NCBI RefSeq assembly: GCF_022045235.1
Contig: NW_027266297.1
Coordinates: 61,318,001 to 61,382,000, forward strand
Source: Haliotis cracherodii
Taxonomy: Eukaryota
Direction of reading: 5' to 3'
Length of the DNA: 64,000 bases
In this document: in pieces, positions 1 through 12,340 of the stretch
How positions within the stretch are numbered: the first letter of the stretch is position 1
Layout of the letters: every line of letters begins with the position of its first letter
Translations under genes and position numbers: made by a program
Notes under the pieces: generated by a model
Told to the model about the DNA's origin: nothing
Seen by the model: the letters and a program-made list of their open reading frames with translations, nothing else
Database searches by the model: none

Positions 1-958
1 TCCAAATAACCACTGGAATCCTGGCGATGATTGTCATTTTGGTGATGGGGATATTGATCCTGCAACGATTATCAGAATGTGTGAAAAGGTGAGAAGATTA
101 CTTCACCAGCAATGACAAATAGGGGCTACAGAAAACTACTGTGGCATGTCACTGGTACCAAATCGCAAACGTATTTCATCATTGTATGACTTGGCGATGT
201 GATAAGTGTCTTTAAAAAGCGTATCCTCATTCTTATTAACACATCTGACAACATTTCAAGACATTAATTCTGATAGTTATGCTAATTATGTTTATTAGAT
301 AAGGCATACATCTGGTGGGCCAAAATTGCTCCTATAATAACTAATCCTTTTTTCAGCATCTACTTACACAGTGATATTACTGTTTTGCAGGCGTGCCTCC
401 TCAACGTCGCCTCCTCCGGAAGGTCGGACACAGCCGGGGCCTGCAGGGGATTCGGGGGATCACCATGACAGTAATGGAGGGACACAGCCAGGGCGTACAA
501 GCAACTCGGGGGATCACCACGACAGTGATGATTGGACAACCACATACTGGGTAATCCTTGACAGAGATGTTAATTCCACATCATCCTTCTCACAGACTCA
601 CGACGAAGTAATACAACTACGAAGAAAGAACTATGAAATTAGTAAACCATTATCAGTTGATGAACAACCGAACGTTCTTGGACGCGCAAGGACAACCAAG
701 AGACACCTTTCCGAATCACCAGTTGACACAACATCATCGTTGTCCTTGTTGGGTGCAACATCACATGTCAAAGGTGACGGTTTAAGATCAAAGTCAGCCC
801 ATGATAAACGAGGCATCACTATATCGCCAGAAGTCAAGGAATTGATAAAGAAAACTGATTCGATCATATTCATTGAGCAAAACTGCGACTTGTCAAGAGT
901 GAGTGCAAGTTATCTTAGTCCAACAGCTGACACATGTCATCATCACACAAGTGAGTGA
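1..958 (+). CDS. Receptor paralog R0, 3' partial: TM exon <1-88 and cytoplasmic exon 391-958
   Basis: The frame from nt 3 reads QITTGILAMIVILVMGILILQRLSECVK, then AG|GTGAG (phase 2). The acceptor TTTTGCAG at 390 joins in frame to ORF 371-958. It is a close twin of R1 exons 9517-9616 and 9893-10430. AATAAA at 1016. Confidence 0.88.
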
Positions 959-1219
959 GGGAACAACAATTAAAGCCATAGTCAGCAATATGTCATCTAT
1001 ATCACGATGTCTGTAAATAAACTAGCATTGACGACGTATACCAGTGACTGAAGGCACGAGCAACAATCGCCGCCATCGGTAACGATGCCACGCAATCACT
1101 CAGATTTAGAAGAGCCTGACCACCTGATCCCTATTTTCCGCCTCTTATGACAAGTATGGGGTGCTTAGGATCTATTCCTTCACGGAATCCAAACATGATT
1201 CCAGGATCTCTAAGTATAA

Positions 1220-1380
1220 GGGGCGGTCGGGTAGCCTAGTGGTTAAAGCGTTCGCTCGTCACGCCGAAGACCCGGGTTTGATTCCCGACATGGGTACAAT
1301 GTTTGAAGCCCATTTCTGGTGTCCCCCGCCGTGATATTGCTGGAATATTGCTAAAAGCGGCGTAAAACCATTCTCACTCT
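1220..1380 (+). mobile_element. tRNA-derived SINE, family A (short, CTCA-repeat tail)
   Basis: A box (TAGCCTAGTGG) and B-box-like GGTTTGATTCC; target-site duplication CTCTAAGTATAA at 1208-1219 and 1381-1392. Confidence 0.9.
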
Positions 1381-1957
1381 CTCTAAGTATAAATGTAAAT
1401 ACCATTTTGTTATATCAATCATACGAGTCTTTCCCAGTCAAGATCTTCATACAAAAAAATCGATATGAAATTAATTGAAATAGTCTGAAATAGTCACCAT
1501 AACGCTATGATTCACGACCTTGTATATATAAGTCACTGTGACCTCCATCGTAATATACTTGTGTTTTATCATAGTTATGTTTTTGGGTTGCTGAATGGTT
1601 TATTTTACAAAAATGCCTAAAATGAATATGGGATTAGCAACTGGACTAATTAAATTGAATGCATTGTCTTAAGCCATGCACTTTTGTATAACCTGTTTGT
1701 GCGTTTAATATTCTCGCCAATGTACATATGTCTTATTAAAACCCTTTGTATTACTTCGTGTCTGAACCTGTGTTCAATGTATCTCCGATCCCGGCGCGGG
1801 TGACATTGTCTCAAAACGTCCATGGGCATATGTGCATCACGTCTAAACACACCTGCTTGCACATGCAGGACATGTCGTGGTTTTTGATCTGAACAATCTT
1901 TGGATTTGAGTAGGGGGGTACTGGAATGCAACTTGAGTATTACTCAAACTGGAGCAT

Positions 1958-2456
1958 TAATAATAATGATGATGATGATAATGATGCATTAATGATNNNN
2001 NNNNNNNNNNNNNNNNNNNNNNNNNNNNNNNNNNNNNNNNNNNNNNNNNNNNNNNNNNNNNNNNNNNNNNNNNNNNNNNNNNNNNNNNNNNNNNNNNNNN
2101 NNNNNNNNNNNNNNNNNNNNNNNNNNNNNNNNNNNNNNNNNNNNNNNNNNNNNNNNNNNNNNNNNNNNNNNNNNNNNNNNNNNNNNTGCGCACTCTTGGG
2201 TATGCTCAAAGCGGGATCACTGTGCACTCAAGATTCATTCTCAGCTACCTGGGGAGTATTCAACCCAAGCTGTCTGTTAGGCGCCAGAAGGTTAACAGCC
2301 ACATTGCCATCTCATCCTACCGGATATCCATTCACTGCTGGGTGAGCAAGCCATGATGCCGAAACGTGGTCACCCATCCAAGGACCCTCCGCGACCGACG
2401 TTTCTTAACACCTGATTTGTGACCTGTGCGCCGTGCACAGGACCACGTGCCACCAT
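1958..2456 (-). mobile_element. SINE family E (5S rRNA-like head, TAA/TGA microsatellite tail), spanning the assembly gap
   Basis: The reverse strand has 5S-like GTTAAGAAACGTCGGTCGCGGAGGGTCCTTGGATGGGTGACC followed by CCCAGCAGTGAATGG. It matches copies at 27950-28550 and 48580-48838. Confidence 0.6.
1997..2186. other. Assembly gap (run of N)
   Basis: 190 consecutive N next to a trinucleotide microsatellite. Confidence 0.99.
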
Positions 2457-3737
2457 TCAACTTTATACAAACACTTAAGATGTTTGTCCCAGGATATATC
2501 TACACCTGAACTGCCAAATCTTGACTTGAATCATCACGTTCTGCATCGTTGCTATATGTGAAGTCGTTACCACGGACCGTTGATATCGAAGCACATTCCA
2601 CATGCAATCATTACATACATATCGCGTAATTATTTATGAAGGACAGACAGGCCGCAGTGTGGATATTTCCTGTTTGAGTTCACTTATTCATTGAGGAAAT
2701 CAATACCGTTACTATGTAGGAATACATTTGTCTTTGAAAAACACGCATATATTTATATCTCGTTAAGAGTAACAGTAAAGCGAACAAGTGCTCCGTTTAT
2801 TGGATACTGTAAAACAGGAATTTAATGCGACATGAAAACAATGCGAGCTCTTGATTTTAGACATAAATGCGCATTTTAAAAATGCGAGTGCCCATACCCT
2901 TTCCTAAAAAAATATGCGCTGAATTTATGTTCTGTGTTATTTCAATTAATGTAACCTACGTAAATAAAAGCCTTACCTGAAAACGCTTGGTTTGTTTCAA
3001 ATGACGTTTTGAGCAGGAACTGTGAGTAGACAGAGATAAATAAAATAACTGTGCACATTAAATACCCTGTCCATGTTTTTTATCCATGTATATGAACACT
3101 CTCAGAGCTCATGTTAAAAGTATTATTTACTTAGCAATTGAAGGTAGTAATGATTTTACCACGAGATTACGAACGAGGCTGAATTAAGATTGGGGGTATT
3201 TTCATTCTGTAAAGATGTGTTAAATTGGCTTTTAATGTATAGAGCCTGTTTTTCGATATTTTCTTAGACAATCCAAGCCTTCGGTATCACGTTGCATTTA
3301 AACCAACATATACAGACACAACGTCGTGATTCCGCGAACGCTTGGTATCATCACAATTTGATACTGTTAGTGATTCATAAACACTAGTTGTTAGTTGGAA
3401 TCGTACAATGAATTCTGCTTTTCTTATCATTATGGAAATGTTGTTTGTCGCTTTATGCGACGGCGTCAAGTAAACAAATCAGACATATCACGTTATAGAC
3501 CAAACATCCAGTCACACAATAGAGTATTAACGGGGCAGCGCGTCGTGCCGTTATAAACTCGTTATCGGGAGGCTGTGGCAGCGGTACACCGGGTACCACC
3601 GGTGGGGCAGGATACGCTAACCTTTTCCGGAACACCTGATATCATCATTATTTGATAGGGATTCACAAGCACTTGCTCTTGATATAGACGGAATCGTAAA
3701 TCGAATTCGTTTTGGCAGAGATTACTTACGAACATGG

Positions 3738-4390
3738 AAAAGTCTTTGAAAGGCATTTAGAAGTGATACACATAAGGAAGAGAATATATGGATGTCAACT
3801 TCTTTATTATGAGGAACACAACGTATCAGAGTATATGCTTACTCCTTCAACAGGTGAATGAATGCCATGAGGCAGAGAGCATATATATGTACATGTAAGG
3901 ACAAGAACATTAATAAGATAACAAAAGGTGGAAAATAACAAAGGGTAGAAACTAACAAGGGAAGCCGGCAGATGAATGGCGCTGGAGGTGATTTAGCAAT
4001 AGACAATGGAAGCCAACAATTTACAGTAACTAGCGCTGATGGTATGGACGTTATTATAGATAAGTAATAGGTAACGGACACTGGGCAAACTGGAGGCCGG
4101 AGGTAATTAGCACTGATGGAAGTGGGCCTTTTGTTTGCGTAGGTGCTGGATCTGATGTTTGATTATTCTGCAACTCGCATGATGGAGGATCTTGTGGACG
4201 GGTGAAGAAAATTTAAAACCTCTGGGAACAAGGTTGCAATCTCGGCAACGGAGTAGGAAGGTCAGGTGGTTGTTGGACTTGACACTTTTTCTGATAGCCT
4301 TGATTTGTCGCTTATATTTGTATATGCTCAAACACCATTCGTTACGGAAAAATACTATTCGTCACAACACAGATGCAGGATGAAGACGAA
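3738..4390 (-). mobile_element. Penelope-like retroelement remnant (ORF N-terminus joined to 3' pseudo-LTR)
   Basis: ORF 4107-4331 carries NHLTFLLRCRDCNLVPRG, resembling Penelope ORF N-termini. Segment 3738-3900 matches the repeats at 13485-13880 and 28625-28742 and holds a degenerate hammerhead core. Confidence 0.65.
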
Positions 4391-4650
4391 CATGATAATG
4401 CCATATACGCCATATCTGCCATGACCGCCATAAAAAGCAGGTCACATTCTGCTGGTCCAGCAATTCGTCACCACTGACATCACGTGAAGCCAATTCATCA
4501 ACGTTAGTAGTCGTCAGTTCTGATATCATATGAGAGCAGCTTCAGTGCCTTTCTCAGTGATGTAGGCGTGTCTACAGGCGGCGCCAGGAATGTATTGAGT
4601 AAGCTGCTGTAGCGTATAATTAATTAATAATAGATTTGGTAATGCTTTGA

Positions 4651-5160
4651 ACATCTCCCCGAGGCAAGGGTGTTAATTGACTTTAAAAGTCCAGTTTCCA
4701 CCCTTGCCGAAATAGGCTGGAATTCCTGGGCTCCACCGTAGCGCAACCAAAGGTTATTATGAGTTATGTCCCTCTCCTATGGACCAATCCAATTCCATCA
4801 CTTGCATTTATTTCAAGCAAAATGGCGGCGTCTAGTCAAGACGATCTGATCGATAATCAGGATCAATTTTGTGATAAAACAGGTCTTACATCGCGAAATA
4901 TTATCAAATCACGCGAGCACCTTGATTAAAAACACGAAAAGGCTGGAAAATATCTGTTGACAACGAGTTGGCGGTGTACATGCTTTGCAAATCCCGCAAT
5001 CGACCGAAATGTGCACGACAGTTTACGAACCGGATTTCGATTGGACTATGCGTAGACTCGTTAGTCCAGCCAAAATGTAACTCCATAATACCAGCCTAGT
5101 TCGGCAAGCGTGGAAACTGGACTTTTATAGTCAATTAACCCCCTTGCCTCGGGAAGATGC
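4651..5160. mobile_element. Non-autonomous DNA element bounded by ~70-bp imperfect inverted repeats
   Basis: 4651-4720 (CCCGAGGCAAGGGTGTTAATTGACTTTAAAAGTCCAGTTTCCAC...) is the reverse complement of 5091-5160. Confidence 0.65.
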
Positions 5161-6371
5161 TCTTTATAATGGTCTGCGGCAGCATTACAACGACTGCAAG
5201 GGTTAGTTAAACGCACAACGATACACATATATTGGCTCCCAATAAGGATACCATTCATAAGGACCGATGATCGATGCTCATGGTATCAATCACGTCTGTA
5301 GCTGGAATAGTGCTGAGTGCGGCGTTACACAACAATCAATCAATATATTCTCTTGGAAATCCACAATGTAATTGCTGTTTCGTGAGTACGAAAACATGCG
5401 TATTGTTTCTTAACCCAGTACTTCATTCATATTGTTTTATTGGGAATACAAGACCTTAGTGTTAACACATGCATGTTGAGATCAAATATGATCCATGGTA
5501 AACCATTAGTAAAACAATATATTTCACTAGCCTGGAAGTTAGTTCACAAGACAGTTGTCAGTTGTTGTTAGAATGTTAGCTTTACAGTTTGCCTCACGTC
5601 AATTCATAAATACATAAGTATCACGTGTCTAAAACGACTGTTAATCAACAAAAGAAACAAAGATCATTTGCACCTCTCACTGTATTTATATTCAAACGTT
5701 TAACCCCCTTTTACATCCTCGACGTAAACATGGTCGTCTAATTAAGGTACGTTAATGTTACTCATTTGACATCCGAAAAATCATCAGATGTGCAGGCACG
5801 CGTAATGACAATTCGGGGCTATGGAATAGTCTTGATTTTAGTGGTGCAATGGTGTGCAGTTACACATGACTGTATACATGCACGGAAATGCACACATCCG
5901 CCTGTCACTGGCCTAGATTTATATCACTTTGTATAACAGGGGAATATATGTCTTTTAAGTTATTAATAACATTCCGGTGCCAACTATTCATTCATGTGCT
6001 AGTTGCGTGATTCATACGAAGTTTTGAATAGAAACTGGGAGCGTAATTCGTCACTGACTAAAGGTTGGAACTGCATTCTTGTATGTCAATGATTCTGTAT
6101 ATTCAAAAGTTGCTCTAGGTTATAAAGGACGCTATGGTTTGTCCAAGTTCCAGAAAAAAACTGGTAAGAATATTGCTTTTTGTTGTTGTAATGTTGTTCA
6201 CACGAACGAGGAAACAAATATACTGTTAGTCCATCACCAAGCATATATTTATTTACTGATCTTTAGATGAGACTGGCACAATCAACACAACACAGAAGTC
6301 GATGTTGACAAAACAGGACAGCTGTGTTGGGCTTTAACTTGATGAACCGTTTTTCTTTGTTCATTTAGAAA

Positions 6372-9300
6372 ATGAGTATGATGCTCCTGACAGACTTCGT
6401 ACGTGGAGTTTTTACGCCTGTTACGCTGATTGTTCTGGTATCCACAGTAACAGGTTTGTTTTCTGACTCATTTATAGAGAAATCCAAATGTATCAACTGT
6501 ATGCTGAGGATGTACCTTGTTACAAAAATCCACTCTACATAATACCTGTCCTACCATCTTAATGCATCTCAATAATCCTCCTATACTCTCTTATGGACAG
6601 ATTAGAAACTATCAGAAAGCTTATGAAGGTTAGATTGCTCACGTAGATATGAAGCAGTTTATTAACAACTTCCATTGACGTGTAGCTATCATAAAAGTAA
6701 ATAGCAGTATTTTTCAAAGCAACATTTCAACATATTGGCAAATTTACAATATTATAATAGATTTTCCTAAATGCCACTCTCCAGAATATGGTTACGCTTC
6801 ATTACGTCCAAATGCAAATACATGTACAGTAAACTAAAACACGCTTATAACGAACTGACGAATATAACCAACATTTTTATTGTCCCGGCCATTTGCTGTA
6901 TATATGCTGTATATATGCTTATAACGAACTACGGTTATATAGAAGAAGTATCAATGGTCCCGTAGTTTCTTGTATATGACACATAGGCACATCGATATAT
7001 CTTAAGCTTTCTCAGTATTCAGTATTCAGTACATGTGTATTGTGTGGATAGCCTCGATAGATAGCATCATCTATTACATAGTGGACAACTGAGAAGGAAG
7101 AGGAAAGACGATTGTTTTCCACCAAAGGGTAATCCTACTCTATACAAAAAAAAGAAAAGACTACTCACGATACTTACAAATAAGACATGTTCATTTTGTC
7201 TAATGTGAGCTAAACCATACATTATCTTTGGTTTGACACCATAGACAGTCTCTGTAATTTTTCTATTCCTCTGTGAATGTTTCACATACAGAAAATGTGA
7301 AAACTGAACCATCATAATATTTAGTGTATTAATTGAAAACAGTACTTTACATTATTTCGTTCGCAATCGACAGCTTCCTCTACCAGCACACTATGTTCCA
7401 CCTGTGATAGTTACAACGTGATCTGTGTTGACGGTGTGTGTCTACCTCGCTGTGTCAGAACACCAAATGTGTCGTCTTTCAATAATATCTGACATCTTAT
7501 TGCCAACCACCTCATTGTTCACAGCTTCCGCAGCCAGTACACCATGCAGCAACTGTGACGGTAACTACGTGACCTGTGTTGACGGTGTGTGTCTACCTCG
7601 CTGTGTCAATCTGACGTCATCTGGAGAGTGTCTCCAATGTCGGGACTCCAGGTTCTATGGTGACCATTGTGAACATGACTGTCCAGACACCTGTCTCAAC
7701 TCTCGCTGTCAGTTGGACAACACCCATGTTGTGTGTACAGAGGGATGTGTGGCCGGCAAGAAGGGAGATAACTGTGGGACGACCTGTCCTAAAGCCTGTA
7801 CACAGTGTGAACGTTATGGTGATGGTTGTACAGGACCGTGTCAGAATCCCCGGTATTACGGTCCACACTGTAGAACACATTGTTCCTCCAACTGTAGAGA
7901 TGGATGTAATAGGGTCACGGGGGAGTGTGGCAGCTGTGAGCCAGGTTACACAGGGGACAGATGTGATATTACCTGTCCCCCCAACTGTAGAGATGGATGT
8001 GATGAAGACACGGGGGAGTGTGACAGCTGTGAGCCAGGTTACACAGGGGAAAAGTGTGATGTTACCTGTCCTCCCAACTGTAGAGAAGGATGTGACAAAG
8101 ACACGGGGGAGTGTGACAGCTGTGAGCCAGGTTACACAGGGGACAAGTGTGATGTTACCTGTCCCCCCAACTGTAGTAGAGATGAATGTGATAAAGACAC
8201 GGGGGAGTGTGACAGCTGTGAGCCAGGTTACACAGGGGACAAGTGTGATGTTACCTGTCACCCCAACTGTAGTAGAGATGAATGTGACAAAGACACGGGG
8301 GAGTGTGACAGCTGTGAGCCAGGTTACACAGGGGACAAGTGTGATGTTACCTGTCACCCCAACTGTAGAGAAGGATGTGACAAAGACACGGGGGAGTGTG
8401 ACAGCTGTGAGCCAGGTTACACAGGGGACAAGTGTCATGTTACCTGTCCTCCCAACTGTAGGGATGAATGTGATAAAGACACGGGGGAGTGTATAAAGCC
8501 AGGTGAGCATTGTTATCATCATTAAAATAAAAATGGAGAATTTATAGAAACAGTATGTTAAATCATGATGGTACACAGTGTGACAAATAACAGACGAAAA
8601 CGTCACTTCGATAACATCATTCTCCAAATATATCGGACGCTGCTCCGTGGAGTAGTTACAATGTAGTTGGCTTATAGATGTTCCACGTGTGTACAATGTG
8701 TGAAACACATTCTTGATGTCAGCCGCCGTTATATACACGGCCGGTGTTTGTGAGCTAGGTTAGTGAGCTTGACCACCCGTTTTCGTTGATCGCCTCTAAC
8801 GACAAACATAGGTTGCTCAAGACCAATTCTAACCCGAATCTTCATAGGTCATTGTGAGGCAGCCAAGGGAGATCGTTCTGATTTTGATGTTGTTCAGCAG
8901 GTTGTATTTTAGAACGAAAGGTGAAATACACTATATAAATAAGTCAAGGTCAAGGGGTATTCCATAGTGGAACCAAAAGCAACTATTTGGGAGGCATTAG
9001 ATATTTAACAGCCAGTATTTAGTTCTTGTTTTCTCAAACATGCACTGCAGGTTATTCTATTGTAGACTCGGTCCTCTGCTGCCTATCTTGCTATCTCCGT
9101 CACAATATGTTACGTCTCGTGTTGTTCAAAAGCAATATGCAGGAGCTATAGTGCGCTTGTGGTTGTGTTTTTTTAATGGACCAGAAAGAATTTACAGTGT
9201 TGACCATGAGTCAACTTAAGGCCCCAATTCGATATAACAGAACTTGGTAAAGGATCTGGCTGTACAGAATGTGAAAATGATTGATATTGTATTCAGGATC

Positions 9301-10430
9301 ATTGAAGCAGATTGATTCAGTATAAGTCATAACACGTTTGACAATACAACATCTGTCATTGTCTGGAAGTAGTAGTATGAGGTATCTATAGACGGAGAGA
9401 TTGACGTGGATCAGGGTATGAATACCCCTCTGGATAATCTATTAACTTATTATTAGAGCATTGGTCACCTGTATTATGATAAAAACTGCCCTTTTCTACC
9501 TATATGTTATCTACAGGAGAACCAATTTTCGAAATTACCACTGGAATCCTGGCGATGGTTATCTCTCTAGGAATTGTGGTATTCATCCTGCGAAGGTTTC
9601 CAATATGTGTGGAAAGGTGAGAAGATCATTTCACCCACAATGCCAAATTCAGGCTATATTTAACTTTTTGTACCATGAGTTTCAAAACATAAACGTATTG
9701 TATCATTGTATCAATCTTGTCTTTAAAAGGATAATCTTCATTCATATGAACGGATCTGTCAACATTTTAAGACACTTTCTTACAGTTATGATAAGTTTAT
9801 TATAAAAGTTATATCTGGTGGTCCAAAATGGCTCATATGCTTCCTCATCTTGTCGTCAACATCTGCCAACATTGTGACATTATTGTTTGCAGACATGGTT
9901 CCTCAACATCGCCTCCTCCAGAAGCTATTACACAGCCAGGACCTGCAGGCAATTCTGGGAATGACCACGACAGTAATGACTGGACAACTAAGTACTGGGA
10001 AATCCATGACAGAGATGTTAATTCCACATCATCCTGCTCAAAGACGACTCACAACGAAGTAATACAACTACGAAGAAAGAATGATCAAATTAGGAAACCA
10101 TTAACAATTGATGAACAACCGAACGTTCTTGGACGCTCAAGGACAAACAAGAGACCCCTTTCAGAGCCAACAGCTAGCAAAACATCATCGTTGCCGTTGT
10201 TGGGTGCAACATCACATGTCAAAGGTGACGGTTTGAGGTCAAAGTCAGTCCATGATGAATGTAACATCACTATATCGCCAGAAGTCCAGGAATTGATAAA
10301 GAAAACTGATTCGATCATATTCATTGAGCAAAACTGCGACTTGTCAAAAGTGAGTGCCACTTATTTAAGTCCAAAAGCTGACACGTGTTATGAACTGCAT
10401 CATACAAATGAGTTAGGGAATACTGACTGA
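6372..10430 (+). CDS. Receptor paralog R1: multi-EGF-like type I membrane protein, ~565 aa. Exons 6372-6453, 7525-8502, 9517-9616, 9893-10430
   Basis: Signal-like MSMMLLTDFVRGVFTPVTLIVLVSTVT with phase-1 G|GT; Cys-rich exon ending CCAG|GTGAG; TM ITTGILAMVISLGIVVFIL-RR; phase-2 join to the tail ORF. All introns are GT-AG and the frame is continuous. Confidence 0.9.
7374..7492 (+). pseudogene. Truncated duplicate of the EGF exon start (poison/decoy exon) in the first coding intron of R1
   Basis: Acceptor CGACAG|CT followed by ASSTSTLCSTCDSYNVICVDGVCLPRCV, then unrelated sequence and TGA at 7490-7492. Confidence 0.75.
7881..8502 (+). repeat. Coding tandem repeat: 6 full units plus a partial unit of 93/96 nt (CPPNCR[D/E]GCDKDTGECDSCEPGYTGDKCDVT)
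   Basis: Near-identical units starting at 7881; the partial seventh unit starts at 8445. Two units carry an extra AGT (Ser) codon. Confidence 0.95.
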
Positions 10431-10486
10431 TGCCGCAATTAGCAATAAGTCATGATCATCTATAGCACGATGTCTTTGAAATAAAC

Positions 10487-10840
10487 GAGGTGAGGTGAAA
10501 TTGGGTTTAACGTCTCGTCCAAGATTATTGCACTTATATAGCGACGTCCATGCACGTGTGTGTGTTTGTGTGGCTGCTTGTACTAGTCCGGACTGATGCC
10601 GATTTATAGTGCTATCTCACTGAGATACCATGCCGAAGTTTAACATGAATACCCCACTCAGACACAGGATACTGACTCCGAGCCGACCAGTCATTGTTTT
10701 AGCCCCTTAATGCCGAGCGCCAGACAGGGCAACAACAAGTACCATCTTTTAACGTCTTTTAGTATGACGCGGCCGGGAATCGAACCCCGGACCTTCCGCT
10801 CTCCTGGCGGACGCTCTACCACTAGACCACGGAGGCGGTC
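10487..10840 (-). mobile_element. tRNA-headed SINE family B (Meta-SINE-like core, CACCT-repeat tail)
   Basis: A/B boxes on the minus strand; the core ...GGTACTTGTTG...CAGTGAGATAGCACTATAAA resembles mollusc Meta-SINEs as recalled. Inserted just after the R1 AATAAA (10480-10485). Confidence 0.85.
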
Positions 10841-11991
10841 CCTAATAACAATAAAAATCATTTCCTTTTTTGGCATTTTGGATAAAGGGTTGTTATTTAG
10901 TGTAGACATCATTGTTTTACAAAGATATGGCAAATACTCGAAGTCAATCCCTACTTAAACCAGTCGTCACCAGGATGTTGTTAATTACCACGGAGGCGCT
11001 CTTGAAACAAACGAGCATCGACTACGCAAACCAGTACTAGTGACACAAGGCATGAGCAACGATCTCCGCAGCCAGTAAAATGTCATCTGTATTTTGATGG
11101 CTTTGTAATTGACAAATGTGGACTAGGAAAACCAGAGACTAAAAGCATAAGCAACTATCAACGTCCCCGGGTACGATCACTCGCAATCAACCGAATTTAA
11201 AAGAGTCTCACGACACCTATTATGTCACCTCTTATGACAAGCATTGGGTGTTTGGGATATATTACTTCCCGAAATCCAAACGTGGTGCATACCATAAAGG
11301 ATGCACACATGATTTTAACTTCTCTTTATATACATGTATCACTTATATTGCTTTTTCAATCATTGAGTCGTTCCCAGTTTATACCTTCAGGTAAAACAGC
11401 GATATTAAAAAATACATGAACTATTCTAAAATATCTTGATAACGCTTTGGTTCACGAACCCGTTTATATTAATCACTGTAACATCCATTGCAATATTTTT
11501 GGGAGTTACCAACATTTATTTGGGGGTTAAAGTTATGTTTTTAGAAGCCACTTCTTATCGTGTATTTATATCTGTTTTTCAAGATTGTCTGAAGTGATCA
11601 TGGGATAAACAATTGAACTAATGAAATGTACTGAGCCATGTATATTATTTTTGTCTTCTTATTTGTTTTTGCATCTCATGAGTTCGCTATTTACAAATGT
11701 ATAAAATTCCCTTTGTATTATTTCTTTCTACCAGTGTAGTGACTAATCAGAATAAACATCTATCTATTCTTTGTGAAAAACGTTTTACTATCAATTTTGC
11801 AATTGATTAATAACTTATTATATGCGCGTTCGATCGAAATTCAAATTACCTTCGTCCAATCCCGAGGTAATAGAGAAAACATAGCACAAGCTCACAGAAT
11901 CAATGAATATACGGCTATTACATTATAGTATATTTATATTTGAGTTGGGGGCTACAGGCATTAAATTAAGTCGAATGCCGGTCAACACCTT

Positions 11992-12340
11992 AAACTGGCT
12001 CATTCACATTTCTTCCAACACTGAAGGTAATTTTCACAGTACATATTTACACCTAAACTCACAAATCGAGGTATTAACTATTTAAAAAAAAAACACACTG
12101 AATTTATTAAAATCAGGATGTACATGGTTCGTAATTCACATGACACTGCTGAAGCCATTATCAATCACTAAAACTGGCTCATTCACATTTCTTCCAACAC
12201 TGAAGGTAATTTTTTCAGTACATATTTACACCTAAACTCACAAGTCCAGATATTAACTTTTTGAAAAAAAGACACTGAATATATTAAAATCAGGATGTAC
12301 ATGGTTCGTAATTCACATGACACTGCTGAAGCCATTATCA
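11992..12340. repeat. Direct tandem duplication, 2 x ~175 bp
   Basis: AAACTGGCTCATTCACATTTCTTCC...GAAGCCATTATCA starts at 11992 and again at 12171. Confidence 0.9.

Noticed and set aside
812-830. ITIS / ISVS segments as pLxIS IRF-recruiting motifs
   Set aside because: They do not match the Leu consensus and are not positionally conserved across all paralogs.
1220-1292. Possible tRNA gene (Asp-like GTC anticodon); similar heads at 13897 and 56056
   Set aside because: These continue into SINE bodies and tails with TSDs and occur as multiple diverged copies, so they are SINE heads.
1926-2345. ORFs spanning the N run
   Set aside because: Artefacts of translating through the assembly gap.
7881-8502. 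Regularly spaced repeats suggestive of a CRISPR array
   Set aside because: Units are contiguous in-frame coding repeats with no unique spacers, the context is eukaryotic, and there are no cas genes.
7617-8738. 373-aa antisense ORF and 279-aa alternative-frame ORF (7657-8496)
   Set aside because: Shadows of the TGT/GAC-rich tandem repeat, which lacks stops in those frames. The Cys-rich frame has the splice signals and paralog conservation.
10691-10958. Recurrent short ORFs (VVERPPGERKVRGSIPG, MVRLADL..., HGWPSR...) at several loci
   Set aside because: Chance translations of SINE families B, C and D.
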